Below, piece after piece: positions 51,201 through 64,000 of a DNA stretch of 64,000 bases. Under the pieces are notes generated by a model, which ran no database searches, was not told where the DNA came from, and was given only the letters and a program-made list of their open reading frames with translations. Source of the stretch: Macrostomum lignano (lineage: Eukaryota); NCBI GenBank assembly GCA_002269645.1, contig NIVC01003083.1:56808-120807 (forward strand). Direction: 5' to 3'. The first letter of the stretch is position 1; each line of letters starts with the position of its first letter. The position numbers were made by a program, and so were the translations under genes.

Positions 51201-54200
51201 ACTTGACGCTAAGTGTATTTAGAAAATCGTTTTACTAGTAGTCAATACGCTACAAAAAGTGATTAAGGGTTTTATAAACTTCTTTTTTCTGACTTAAATT
51301 TTACTAATGCATGATTAAATAATACTTTGTTGTCAGTCAACTGCCGCCTGAGGTATTTAAAAGGTTGGTGCCAGCGCCAGCAGAGGCTTTAGCACCAGGG
51401 GCTTTAGCACCAGGGGCTTTAGCACCAGGGGCTTTAGCACCAGGGGCTTTAGCACCAGGGGCGCCAGCACCAGGGGCTTTAGCACCAGGGGCTTTAGCAC
51501 CAGGGGCTTTAGCACCAGGGGCGCCAGCACCAGAGGCGCCAGCACCAGAGGCGCCAGCACCAGGGGCGCCAGCACCAGGGGCGCCAGCACCAGAGGCGCC
51601 AGCACCAGAGGCGCCAGCACCAGGGGCGCCAGCACCAGGGGCGCCAGCACCAGGGGCGCCAGCACCAGGGGCGCCAGCACCAGGGGCGCCAGCACCAGGG
51701 GCGCCAGCACCAGGGGCGCCAGCACCAGGGGCGCCAGCACCAGGGGCGCCAGCACCAGGGGCTTTAGCACCAGGGGCGCCAGCACCAGGGGCGCCAGCAC
51801 CAGGGGCTTTAGCACCAGGGGCGCCAGCACCAGGGGCGCCAGCACCAGGGGCGCCAGCACCAGGGGCTTTAGCACCAGGGGCTTTAGCACCAGGGGCTTT
51901 AGCACCAGAGGCGCCAGCACCAGAGGCGCCAGCACCAGGGGCGCCAGCACCAGGGGCGCCAGCACCAGGGGCGCCAGCACCAGGGGCGCCAGCACCAGGG
52001 GCGCCAGCACCAGGGGCGCCAGCACCAGGGGCGCCAGCACCAGGGGCGCCAGCACCAGGGGCGCCAGCACCAGGGGCGCCAGCACAAGGGGCGCTTGTAC
52101 CAGGGGCGCTAAAGATCCTGCAAGAAGCGCAATATCATTTTTTCACTTTATTGGGGGGGGGGGTGGTGGGGCACAGCCCACCTTGCCACCTTCCTGACCA
52201 CGCCCAATAATTCTCACATTTACCAAGATCTTAAATTATTATCACCAACAACGACAGCTCTTTATCCCCGCCTGAATTGCAGCTGCAAAAAGGAGGAAAT
52301 TTCCCGCCCAGTCGAAAGCAGCAGCGTCTCCTCAGCCTCCGTGATGGTCGTCTGCAATGCTATCCTGTCCAACTACGCGTTTTCAACTTACCTGGCTGAC
52401 GCGACGCTTCGCGGAGTCTTCAACGACGCCTGCCACAGCGACATGGCCGCTCCCTTTGACAACCTGCAGCTGTGCCAGCTGACTACAGCATTCTACAAGG
52501 TGCTCAGCGCCCGCGGCCTGCTCAGCTCTGCCCAGCTGTTTCCACCCGGACTGTGCCAGGGTAAGCAGTGCAAATAAACGTTACACTTTCTACTTGAGAC
52601 AGTAGTGCGGTTAGAACGTTTAATAGATTATGTTAATGATATGTTAGGCTGGATGTTACAGAAGGGTTGTAAGATTTTATTTAACGGTTTATTTATATTT
52701 AAAAGGTATTTCCAAAGTGGTCATAGCCTTGAATCGGTTTCTGAGTTTTAAGCGTCAGAATTGCAATTGCGTTTGGCATCCTGGGTCCGAATTTAAAATG
52801 CCAAATGCCAAAATGCCAAGTTTACAGATTATTCGAATTTGACAATTGATAAACGTTTAGAAATTTCAATATAATCCGAATTGTTCCAAAATTATTATTA
52901 CTTTAAGTGAAATGGGAATTACAGAAAATATAGAATTCAAATGAATTGGCACCCAGTCTGGAAAAATCAGGCTGCCTACTCGTATTTGGCATCCGGGATC
53001 AACATTCAGGATTCCAGGATAACAAAATTAAAGTCGATGTGTTGACACATGACACAAGCTGTGAAACAAAACTCGACCCGAACTGCTCCATTCAGAGACT
53101 TCCACCTGTCAGGCCAACGAACAGTTGGTAGTCGACGCACGACCCTGCGAGCCGAACGACTGTCCGAACATCAACCAGGGCATCGGCACCGGCTCCCACT
53201 GCGGCGTGCAGCGCCGTCAGCCAGCCTGCCATTGCCAGCCGAGCTATCGTCGAAGCGGCAACGTCTGCGTCCGAGCGAACCAATGCGGCTGCACAGCGGC
53301 CAAACGAGACGAAGCCGGCGGTTTCTACAAGGCCAAGGGCCAGGTTTGGTACTCGCAGGCTTGCGCTAAGAAGCACGTTTGCAACGGCGCTCGCGGAATT
53401 GACTCGGTTGGCAACGCGTGCAAAAACAACACCAAATGCGTGCAGCTGCCGGATGGCGCCGCCTTCTGCGACTGTGCCGAAGGCTTCGCCGGGCCCGCCT
53501 GCGAGGATATTGACGAGTGTGCCAAGTGAGAGGCCAATGATGCGATTTCTGTCCGCTCAAAGTTTTTCTTCGTCTTTTTCTGCAATATCATTTTTCGGCT
53601 TTTCATTTTTACAGTTAGCTTTTTTTGGATTTTAGCGTTAGTCTTTTTGTCTCCACATCCGTCACTAAGTCCGCCTCCACGTCCGTCTCTACGTCCGTCT
53701 CCAAGTCCATCTCCAAGTCCATCTCCAAGTCCGTCTCCAAGCGCAGGCCGTCTCCACGTCCGTCTCCACGTCCGTCTCTACGTCCGTCTGCATGTCCGTC
53801 TCTAAGTCCTTCTCCATTTTTGTCTTGATTCTGTGTTCATTTTCCCCCATCGACATTCAGAAGTTTATTTCACTGCTACTTCTTACTTACTACCGCATTT
53901 CGCCATTGTCATCTTTTGTTTTTCATCTTCCAGTCGAATTTAACTGAAAAACCCTCAACCCATCTGCCAGAGGCAATCACGCCTGTCACGCTAAAGCCGT
54001 GTGCGTCAACACACCTGGCGGTTATCAGTGCCGCTGTCAGTCTGGTTACCAAGGCAACGGCTACAACTGCAGCGACGTAGACGAATGCTCGGCCACCGTC
54101 TCGCCGTGCAGCGCCAACGCAATTTGCCGCAACCTACCCGGAAGTTACCAGTGCGCCTGCGTGTCGCCCTACGTTGGCGACGGTAAAACCTGCTCCGTAC

Positions 54201-57200
54201 CGTTTATTGCGCCAAACTATGCCAACGCAAGCACTGGCGAGTCTGGCTGCTCCTATCTGAAGGAGCTGCAGTGCGATCCAACGTCAGTATGCAGCGATTT
54301 GGCTAACGGCAGCATTTCCTGCGCTTGTCCGCACGGGTCCATTGGCGACGGATACAAAGGAGCTGGTCACTCCGGCTGCAAGTGGCGTGAGTGCCAAGTT
54401 TAGGAGACATCCCGATGCAACTAGTCGATCTTTACGCGTTTAAGATCTAAGAACATACATGTTTTAAAATGTATTAAATATCAGGAATGGCGCGATTCAC
54501 TGAAATTTAGGATCGAGAGGCATCCGGGATCAAGAGACAGTTTATTGACATCCGTTATCGTATGAATGCTCCATAAAAATTCAGGACTTTCAGGATCCAC
54601 AGACATTCAGGATCAAGAGAGATTTGGGATCTAGAGACATTCAGGATCAAGAGAGATTCAGGATCTAGGGACGTTCAGGATCAAGAGAGATTCGGGATCT
54701 AGAGTTATTCAGGATCAAGAGAGATTCAAGATCTAGGGACGTTCAGGATCAAGAGATATTTCAGGAAAGCCCGTGATCGATAGATACCCGATATCCAATG
54801 GCATCCAAGGGTCCAAAGCTATCCAGGAAGCTTATAAAATCGGATTTCGAAAGAGTATTAGAGCCTTAAGGAGCTCAGAGCCCTATGTGGAACACCAAAC
54901 TTTTAAAATCCAAGAAACCTACGAGCCGTTTGTGATCTGACGACAGCATTGTGGGATGCGATAGTGCCAAAATATGTCTTTTCAGGGTCACTACTTATTA
55001 GCTCGTACATAAAAATATCATAAACTCAAAGGCACTCCACCTGTATAAAATTGTACACAGCCAACTGCCCAGCTAACTACACAAGTATTGAAGGCTTCTG
55101 CTACTACTACGACGATACAAAGCGCAACCATTCATCTGCTGCCGAATATTGCGCCACCCTCGGTGGCACTTTGGTCACTATTCTGGACGAACGAGTAGCC
55201 AGCCAGGTCAAAGTCCTGCTCAACGCTAAACTGGCCACCGGAAATTTCTGGACCGGATACGCCGACGACAAAACTAGCGGCTACTTTCCGCCAATGGATT
55301 TTGTTGGCTCTCTCTGGCGCAAACTTTGGATCACTTCCGGGGATAATAGTTCCGCGAATTCCGGAGTTGGACGATTCCGACCAGACATGTGCGGCAGTGG
55401 AGTGCTCAACAATGGAGCTGTCAAACTGGAGGCTCGGTCTTGCGGAGAGCAGCTGGCCACTGTCTGCAAAGTTCCCGGCGCCACTCGCAGCTGCCCGGAG
55501 GGCTGGCAGAGTCTGGGCGGCAACTGTTACTATATGAGCGACGATGCGGTGACCTACGAGGACGCTATGGTGCAGTGCGCTCTATTGGGAGCCGATCTCG
55601 TCTCTATTGGAGCCAACGATGTCAGCAAATTCCTTTATGATTAGTGAGTTTAATCGAAGGGATTCATTGGGGGTAGGAAAGCGAAATTTAGTTGAGAGCA
55701 GACTACAAAATCGATAATTTAGGGTTAACGAGGTTAGGAGAAAGAAATGCCTTAAAGGCCGATCATAAAATCGATAAAGTAGGGTAAGGTAAGCAAGGCT
55801 AGGAAAGAGAATTGGGGGCCAAGAAGTCGACCATAAAATTGATGCGCAAATCAATATATTAATTAAAAGTTGATTTAATAAAACATTACCCGCATTGCAA
55901 AAGAATACGAAAGCAATGTGATTAGATTTTGAGTTTGAGGCGCCAACGGGAAACAATCGATTAACGACATTATACGCTCGTAATCCACCCATTAGCTTCT
56001 TCAACTCCCGCGCTGGCTCCGGCTACCACTGGATCGGGCTGCAGTACGACACCCTGCTGGCGCCGAGCGCATTCAGATGGTGGGACGGCAGCGCCTACAA
56101 TCCCGCCTATCTCATGTGGGACAGTCCAGGCGAGCCGGCTGCTGGCAAAGACTGCGCCGCTATCAGCACGCAGGCTCGATGGGCCACCAGAGCTTGCGGA
56201 GACAAACTGGGCTACATCTGTCAGAAGCAACGATGGGGTGAGTCTCTTGACAAGAGGAAAAAGCTATGGTGGTTTTATGAATAGATATGACACTCGCAGT
56301 TAGATTTGAGGAAAAGTAGAGCGTCTACTCATTTTTCAGTAGTTTGTCTGCGCAGTGTCACTTAAACTTAATGGGGCAGCTAAACATTTTTTTCTTCAGG
56401 AGCATATGGAATTAAAAAATGAAGAATAACTAGCATTCAATTTGATGTACACTAGTGATGCAAGACGGACGAAACTCAGCCTAAGGAGCAGGCTTAATCT
56501 AGCCCAGCCAATGGGAGAGCAGTAAAGAGAGAGGTCCAAGTCAGACGGACAAAACAGCCTAGACCCAATCTAGCTCAGCCAATGAGAGAGCAGTAAGGAG
56601 AGAGGTCGTAGTCAGACGGACGAAACTCTGCCTAGGGGCAGGCCCAATCTAGCTCAGCCAATTAGAGAGCAGTAAGGAGAGAGGTCGAAGTCAGACGGAC
56701 GAAACTCTGTCTAGGGGCAGGCCTAATCTAGCTCAGCCAATGAGAGAGTAAGGAGAGAGGTCAAAGTCAGACACAATGAGCGAGAGGAAAGCCCCATCTG
56801 TTTATCGGCTTGACTGGCTGGGGTGCCACCTCTTTTTCTCTCTTGCTCCCTGTGCACATGCACTCGATTTGGGTGCCGCTTCAAACAGGATAAAGATGCT
56901 AATTTAATAGATAGATCTAATAGATCTAGTTGCTATATTATTCGTGTTAGATCTATATGCTTTTGTGCGTATGTTTTGCTTTACATTCTTCTGTCACTAC
57001 TCGTCAGTAAGCCATCGCTTCAAAAGCGTATTTAAAAAACCGGAACTTCAGCTTACTACCGCTGCCCAAGGAACGCTTACTATTTCAACGGCAAGTGCTA
57101 CACGGTGATTTCAACGTCGCAGAATTTCACCCGCCATCTCGACGACTGTCGCAGCCTCGGCGGCGATCTAGTGGCCTTCCAGACTACGGAGGAGTACAAA

Positions 57201-60200
57201 TTTTTTAGCCGTGTCATCTACGCCGGACAGACCGGGCCGAAGAGCTACTACACTGGCCTGTTTCTGGCTGCCAATGCGACCAACTTCACCAACTCTGACG
57301 GCAGCAAGATCGCTTATTACAACTGGAAGGGCGGCGCCGCGCCAGCCAATGCTAGTCAAGGCCGCTGCACTCAGATTGCCGACCCGGCGGAAGGCTTCAC
57401 CGTTGTTGGCTGCTCATCCGACGCTTGGGCCGTGTGCGAATTCGGTTAGCGATGCTTTATTGGTTCATTTTTGGATTTGGCTTGAGCAAGGGTCTGTTTC
57501 ATATGGAGTATATAGATTAAGGGGCTGTTTTGTTTTATTTTCTGGGTAGGATTGTTAGAGTAAATTGTCTGGTAGATGTGTGTTTTAGTTTGAGTAGATT
57601 GTATGGGTTGACTGAGGTTTAGTTTGAGTAGGTTGTAAGAGTTGACTGGGGTTTAGTTTGAGTAGGTTGTAAGAGTTGACTGGGGTTTAGTTTGAGTAGG
57701 TTGTAAGAGTTGACTGAGGTTTAGTTTGAGTAGGTTGTAAGAGTTGACTGGGGTTTAGTTTGAGTAGGTTGTAAGAGTTGACTGGAGTTTAGTTTGAGTA
57801 GGTTGTAAGAGTAGGTTGTAAGAGTTGACTGGGGTTTAGTTTGAGTAGGTTGTAAGAGTTGACTGGAGTTTAGTTTGAGTAGGTTGTAAGAGTAGGTTGT
57901 AAGAGTTGACTGGGGTTTAGTTTGAGTAGGTTGTAAGAGTAGGTTGTAAGAGTTGACTGGGGTTTAGTTTGAGTAGGTTGTAAGAGTAGGTTGTAAGAGT
58001 TGACTGGGGTTTAGTTTGAGTAGGTTGTAAGAGTTGACTGAGGTTTAGTTTGAGTAGGTTGTAAGAGTAGGTTGTAAGAGTTTACTGGGGTTTAGTTTGA
58101 GTAGGTTGTAAGAGTTGACTGAGGTTTAGTTTGAGTAGGTTGTAAGAGTAGGTTGTAAGAGTTGACTGGGGTTTAGTTTGAGTAGGTTGTAAGAGTTGAC
58201 TGAGGTTTAGTTTGAGTAGGTTGTTAGAATTGACTGAGGTTTAGTTTGAGTAGGTTGTAAGAGTTGACTGAGGTTTAGTTTGAGTAGGTTGTAAGAGTTG
58301 ACTGGGGTTTAGTTTGAGTAGGTTGTAAGAGTTGACTGAGGTTTAGTTTGAGTAGGTTGTTAGAGTTGACTGAGGTTTAGTTTGAGTAGGTTGTAAGAGT
58401 TGACTGAGGTTTAGTTTGAGTAGGTTGTTAGAGTTGACTGAGGTTTAGTTTGAGTAGGTTGTAAGAGTAGGTTGTAAGAGTAGGTTGTAAGAGTTGACTG
58501 AGGTTTAGTTTGAGTAGGTTGTAAGAGTTGACTGAGGTTTAGTTTGAGTAGGTTGTAAGAGTTGACTGGGGTTTAGTTTGAGTAGGTTGTAAGAGTTGAC
58601 TGAGGTTTAGTTTGAGTAGGTTGTAAGAGTTGACTGAGGTTTAGTTTGAGTAGGTTGTTAGAGTTGACTGAGGTTTAGTTTGAGTAGGTTGTAAGAGTTG
58701 ACTGAGGTTTAGTTTGAGTAGGTTGTTAGAGTTGACTGAGGTTTAGTTTGAGTAGGTTGTAAGAGTTGACTGAGGTTTAGTTTGAGTAGGTTGTTAGAGT
58801 TGACTGAGGTTTAGTTTGAGTAGCTTGTCGGGGGTAAAGCTTCAAGTTAGGACAAATTATTATGTAACTTTGCTAGCTAGGTTTCTGGTAGATTAATAGA
58901 AGTGCGTGCTAGAGATACATTAAAAAGGTCTTCTAAAAACCGCGTATTCCGATTTTCGACTCAAATAAATGGCCAGCACATGTGAAACGATGCAACGCAG
59001 ACAACCCTTCGCGCAATTGCAGAGAACACGCCCTGTCTGAAGCACTCCGACTGCGCAGCCAATGGCGAATGCTTCCTCGGGCAGTGCCGCTGCAAGAAGG
59101 GTTTCTATGGCGACGGTCGGCGATCGTGCGTTGGTGAGTGAATTGGAATAAATACCTGATTCTGAGTTACGGATTGTAATTGTTTTATTAGTCTAAACAT
59201 TTGAAACCCTAACGCGAAACCAATCAGACATTGATGAGTGCGAGATCGATGGCGTCTGTCAGTCGCATTCGACCTGCTCCAATCTGATTGGCGGCTACAA
59301 ATGCGACTGCGACGCTGGTTATCAGCTGAACGCCGAAGGTCGCTGCCAAGGTGAGTTGCTATGGGTCCTCTCCATCCTGCAGACCACAGGGCGAAAACTT
59401 GACTCCGCTAACTCTCAAGGCTATGAAGAGAACTCATTTTGATATCTCTAGCCAAAAGCAAGCACTTGGTATGTAATTAGTAAGCACGTCTATCGTGGCG
59501 CGTCAGCGGCACGAATTCAAAATTACTTTTTGTAAAGAAAATTGTTGACGGAAAAGACATTCACAGACATTCGAGGTTGTCTAACACTAGTGCTGATCTT
59601 CTTTCAAATTTTCTGATGTAGCTTTTAGCCGGAACCAGATGGTAAAGATTTTTAGTATATTTGAAAAATTCAAATAACAATTTTTTGTTTAAAAATTATC
59701 TTTAATTTGACAGAAAGCACAAAAATTGGTCAAGATACTGAGGTGCAAGAGCAAACATTCCTGGAACTTTTGGGACACCGCTCGTAGATTTAAGTCGCTC
59801 GTTAAGCATGGGATAGAAGTTGTTGACTTGTTGAAAGGGGTTGCTTTTTACAGGTGCAGATCAGCCCTGGTTGAGCTCTGTCGCTGAGTAGAAGAGGGTT
59901 GATGGGTCCATTATTGGACCGGCAATAAATTTAGATCGCCAGCCGTCATCTTCATTCTCAGAGTCAAATCAAGCCTCTATACTGCCAGCGAAATATCGTG
60001 CAGAGCTCAAATTTTCGGACTATGCTAAACTATGCTAACATCCCCTTTTTATCGTTGGTACTATATTCCCAAACAGTCCATCTTTCTAAATAGAAATACT
60101 ACGGTTGCTACTTGAATCAGTATTTTTACTCGACTATACGAGTTCTACACAATAATTTTAACAGACATTCGATACTGTGTCTCAAACTCCGACTGTCTCC

Positions 60201-63200
60201 GCTTGGCCGCCTGTATTGGCAATTTGTGCACCTGCAATCGAGGCTACAAAGGCGACGGTGTGCGCACCTGCGTCGACATCGACGAGTGCTCCATGGGCAT
60301 CCACGACTGCAGCCCGAACGCCACCTGCACGAACAACCCGGGCAGTTTCACCTGCGCCTGCAAGAACGGCTACGCTGGCAACGGCAAGACCTGCGTCGAG
60401 CTGCCGCGCACCTGTCACGAGTTGCGCCTGAAAAAAATGTCCGAAGCCTTCCCGCGCCGCTCCAAGCAGACGATCGATCCCGACGGTACCGGGCCCCTTG
60501 ACGCTCAGGAGGTCACCTGCGAGATGTACGCAGACTACGGCATCACGGTGTTCCCGCCGGAGAAGAATAAGAAATCCCGCTACTCTGGCAGCGTGTGGCG
60601 AGAGAAACTGATCTACACCACTCTGATTGACGAGATGACCGCTGTGGTTGGCAACTCCGCTTTCTGCATTCAGACAATCAGGTGCGTATTCAGACTACTG
60701 TGCTGTTGTGAGATTAGAGTGTCAGAGGGCTGCTTTACACCTTGTCTGAACGTGTGTTGTTATTCAAGGCTGCAGAGTAGCTAAATAGTTAAACGCGTCT
60801 GATTCCGTGAACGGCCAAGTTAATTTAGTGCCTATGGCGTTTCGTGCCATTGTAGGAAATGAAGGCAAAACCCTCAATGCGCAAAGCGTAAGGCCCCTTG
60901 TAAACCAATTACCTAGCAGAAGCCTACTCATATATATGGGATTTTCTTGGATATTGAAATCAGGTTAACATAAAAATTTTTTTCACAACAGCATTTCTGG
61001 ATGAAACATTTGGAGTCTTAGATTACTGTCAAATATTCTCTCTCAGATACAACTGCTTCTACGGCGCCAATCCCATGGAGGACATGCTGTACTATGATAG
61101 AAGCATGAAGACTCATCGCGACTGGGGCTCCGGCACAATCGGCAAGGTGAGTATCAAATTAAGGACTATTTGAAATGATATGGGACTAAATTAGACTTGA
61201 CTTAGCTGCAGGGTGGTCCGTAGACACAAGCGAGGAGGCAAGGGTCACCCATACCCCTTGTCCATGAAGGTCCTGCAGCGTGATCTTCCGTGGGGAAGAA
61301 AGTGGCTCGTCTTGTCGCCCGGAGGAACCGGAAGAGGCGTGGGATGAGTCTCTGGTAAAGAAAGGGAAGTGAGAGAAAAAGTGTTGATCATCTTCATCGC
61401 CGTATTCGCAATGAGATCTCCTCGGAGTGTCTGGCAACGTAGCCATGATCGGTGGAGGTCATGACAGGGGCTCGAATATCCTTCCGATTTTGGTTCAGAA
61501 GGACGTACCTGAGCCTGCAAGAGGGGCACGGAACCGCGGCACGTGATTGCCACTTGCCCGCCCATCTGTCCCCGTGAAGGGAATCAGCCCAAGAGACAAA
61601 ATTGGATACAAATATTCAAGAAACTAAAATAGCCAATACCCAGGCTACTCCTAGCGTAATTCGTATTTTACAAATCATTCTACGAGTAGGTATCCGAAAA
61701 TGAAATTTCATTAAGAATTTTGTAGCCTACAATTGATCAACTTTGGCTTAACCCCAGTGCCTCTGCGGCACAGTCGGACTCTGTCGTCAAAAGTCGGCCA
61801 GCTGCAATTGCAACGGCGACACAACGCGCAGCACGAGCAGCGATTATGGCTACATCACCAATCGCGATCTGCTGCCGTTGCGTGGCTTTCGCGGCCGTTC
61901 AAGCCGAGGCGCCGGTGAGCACATTGTCGGCGAGCTGCGCTGCTCCGGCGTCCAATTCGACATTCCGGCCACTTGCGACGAGCATCCGGACAAGTTGTCG
62001 TCCAATGTCCATCTGATCGATCCGACCAGCGTGGCGAGCTGCCGCCGTTCCCGGCGCTCTGCTTCAATCCGTTCTGCAACAATGCCCTGATCGCTCAACC
62101 ACTGTAGTCAGCCACGACAACTTTGGGCAGCGATGCTCCTACGGCTTATCAAAGAGTGTCGCCAAGGGCGACAATCCGATTACCTATTGCGCACCTTTGG
62201 CTCAACTACAGCTGCTTAAGTCTATGATGTCATTCTGCAGTCAGGAAGTAAGTTGTTTAGCTTGTTTTTAAATCGTAAAATTAATGCCAATTTCGAGTCG
62301 TCCAAGCATTTCGACAAATTGACTTCTAATAGTTTGAGTTTAGGTTTATATTTGACTATAGGAATTGTCAGGGTTTAAGATAGAAATTAGGGTAGGTTTA
62401 GATTGCATGTAGGTTAAGGTTCAGCAGTTAACTTGAAGACTTCTTAGTCGCTATGTTGAGTCAAAATCGTGGTGTGCAAAACAGTATGAATACCAATGCT
62501 ATACCTAGCACTATATTGATACTTTACTTACAGTAGAAATGCAGGAAAAATACTTTTACTGAAAAAATAATGATGGTATGTTCAAAACTGTCCTAGTGAA
62601 AATAATATTGTAATATGAGCGTAATTTTTCCGAATTAGTGGCTCGCAACAACAGTAACGAGTTAAGGTATTTTATATCACCCTGATGATACCCCGATGAT
62701 ACCCCGATGATACCCCGTTGATACCCTGATGATACCCTGATGATACCCCGATGATACCCTAATGATATCCTGATGATACTCTGATGATACCCTGATGATA
62801 TCCTAATGATATCCTGATGATACCCTGATGCTACCCTGATGATACCCTGATGATACCCTAATGATATCCTGATGATACTCTGATGATACCCTGATGATAC
62901 CCTCATCATACCCTCATGATACCCTCTGATAATACCCTCATGATAAATTTGTAGAACGTTAGTTACAATACTATAAAAATGTTCCGACCGGTTCAAAAGT
63001 CGTTATTATCTGTTAATTCGTAGATCCGCTACGACTGTAACAACTCGCCCCTCGTGTCTGCCGGCAACGAGGCCTCGCACTTTTACACTACTGGCAAACA
63101 GCCAGTGCCAAATATGGGCTTCGGCTCGCCTAGCGACAACACCTGCCCCTGTTCGGCGCTGAACAAATGCACCAACGGCAGATCGTGCAACTGCGACAAC

Positions 63201-64000
63201 ACCGGAGTCGGATGGACCTACGACTTTGGCTGGGTGCTCAACAAAGACCAGTTGCCAATTATGGGCATCAAGGCTGAGAATATTGGACCGGCTTCGTCTG
63301 GCAACGTCAGTGTCGGCTATTTCGCCTGCTCTTCAAGACAGTTCGGCATATGGGCACCTGCCAGATGTACAGGACTCGATTCCGCGAGGACGATGATGCC
63401 ACGTTTATATTGAGAAGCTATACAGACAACTATGTTTATCCGATTGATCCTGATCTCAAGGGATCCGGTAAGACATTTGATTACACCCCATCGCTTTAGT
63501 AAGATCTAAGACTGTACCTGCAGAAGCAGAAGCAACCTTGAAAGGCTCGCCTTAAGACTCTTTGCCTTCTTCTTCAATAGCTAATGACTGAAGACTGACT
63601 GTACAATCCAGTGTGTGTTCCCACAAACCCTCTGCACCCACCACCCCAAAGTCAGCCAGATGATCAGTCAGGACTGACTGTACAATCTGCTGCGTGTTCC
63701 AAGAAACCCTCTGCACCCATCACTCCAAAACAGATGCATCACTTTTTCCCTATTATACCTTACTACAATAAAACGATCCAGTCTCTTCACGAAAAACCAT
63801 CAACACCATGACTATCCCTCAAAGTGTCACCATTCCCCAACTTCTTCTGCTTCCAGCCATCAAGCCTTTCCCGGCCTACTGCAGTATGCAAGAGTTTGAC
63901 ACTGGCGTCACCATCATACCGAACCTGGCCGCTGGCACTTCGTCATGCAGCAACACGTCAAACCTGTGCGAGGCCAAAGCTCGCTATTATCACACTAAGG
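48212..64000 (+). CDS. Large mosaic extracellular protein (WxxW, EGF/EGF-Ca, VWD, C8, TIL, three C-type lectins, >=3 CASPR-type fibrinogen-like modules); start unresolved, continues past the window
   Basis: Phase-consistent GT-AG exons: 48212-48315, 49176-49362, 49653-50020, 50869-51191, 52283-52560, 53096-53525, 53971-54386, 55061-55643, 55996-56237, 57052-57444, 59023-59133, 59228-59350, 60165-60681, 61047-61146, 61758-62247, 63024-63467, 63857-end. Motifs include KWT..NSD.DP..GD.E, DIDEC, HVVTFDG, CGLCGN, CPEGW..GGNCY and IDPDGTGPL. A signal-peptide-like stretch (DFILLLPFLSSIITSA, ~47894-47942) lies upstream. Apparent -1 frameshifts at ~62022, ~62097 and ~63381. Confidence 0.88.
48405..49150. 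repeat. 20-bp (and 18-bp variant) minisatellite GACAGACACTAGCACAGA(G/C)G, intronic
   Basis: Direct reading; lies between the two WxxW-domain exons. Confidence 0.96.
51375..52110. repeat. 15-bp minisatellite AGCACCAGGGGC(GCC/TTT), intronic
   Basis: Direct reading. The flanking exons (end 51191, start 52283) join in phase without it (..SN|CKK..). Confidence 0.95.
53655..53805. repeat. 12-bp tandem repeat CCGTCTC(C/T)A(A/C)GT, intronic
   Basis: Direct reading. Confidence 0.88.
54585..54765. repeat. 34-bp tandem repeat (2x17 substructure), intronic
   Basis: TTCAGGATCAAGAGAG at 54606, 54640, 54674 and onward. Confidence 0.88.
56460..56790. repeat. ~71-80-bp tandem repeat (4 copies), intronic
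   Basis: GACGG at 56464, 56544, 56615, 56694; each unit has AATCTAGC.CAGCCAAT. Confidence 0.85.
57600..58822. repeat. 34-bp G/T-rich minisatellite TGAGGTTTAGTTTGAGTAGGTTGTAAGAGTTGAC with internal-duplication variants, intronic
   Basis: Direct reading, ~1.2 kb. Confidence 0.97.
62680..62945. repeat. 11-bp tandem repeat GATACCCTGAT, intronic
   Basis: Direct reading. Confidence 0.92.

Noticed and set aside
56455-56480. Hammerhead ribozyme-like GTGATG..CGAAAC
   Set aside because: Lacks the CUGANGA core and a stem II; part of a tandem repeat.
62556-62996. ORF with GYHQGIIRVSS repeats (also 53625-53828 and 48741-49315)
   Set aside because: Translations of intronic 11-, 12- and 20-bp repeats.

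Overview
Eukaryotic, intron-rich, repeat-dense genomic DNA from a flatworm. The taxon is inferred from an EF-hand + dynein-light-chain-like (TAL-type) gene; the GC-rich exons and repeat landscape suggest a free-living macrostomorph, which I cannot confirm from sequence alone. Left to right: (1) a decayed Gypsy LTR retrotransposon (1.5-5.8 kb) interrupted by a P-element-like non-autonomous element; (2) a 2.25-kb 16-bp satellite with a 304-bp higher-order period; (3) a CORE-like tRNA SINE; (4) a PAN/C-type lectin gene (minus); (5) a 12.6-kb head-to-tail array of nine Helitron-like units, each carrying (CCCTAA)n; (6) hAT- and Merlin-type MITEs with clean 8-bp TSDs; (7) a 10-exon class I bHLH E-protein gene (daughterless/TCF), with one symmetric exon enclosed by inverted minisatellite arms; (8) a deleted mariner; (9) a disrupted gene with 36-aa ankyrin-like repeats; (10) a 4-exon TAL gene; (11) the 5' 16 kb of a large mosaic extracellular protein gene (WxxW-EGF-VWD-C8-TIL-EGF-CTLx3-EGF-CASPR-type fibrinogen-like x>=3) that runs off the window and has a different minisatellite in many introns. 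Several single-base frameshifts fall in short homopolymers of otherwise intact genes, so consensus errors are likely. All splice models and alignments were read by eye, and no searches were run.
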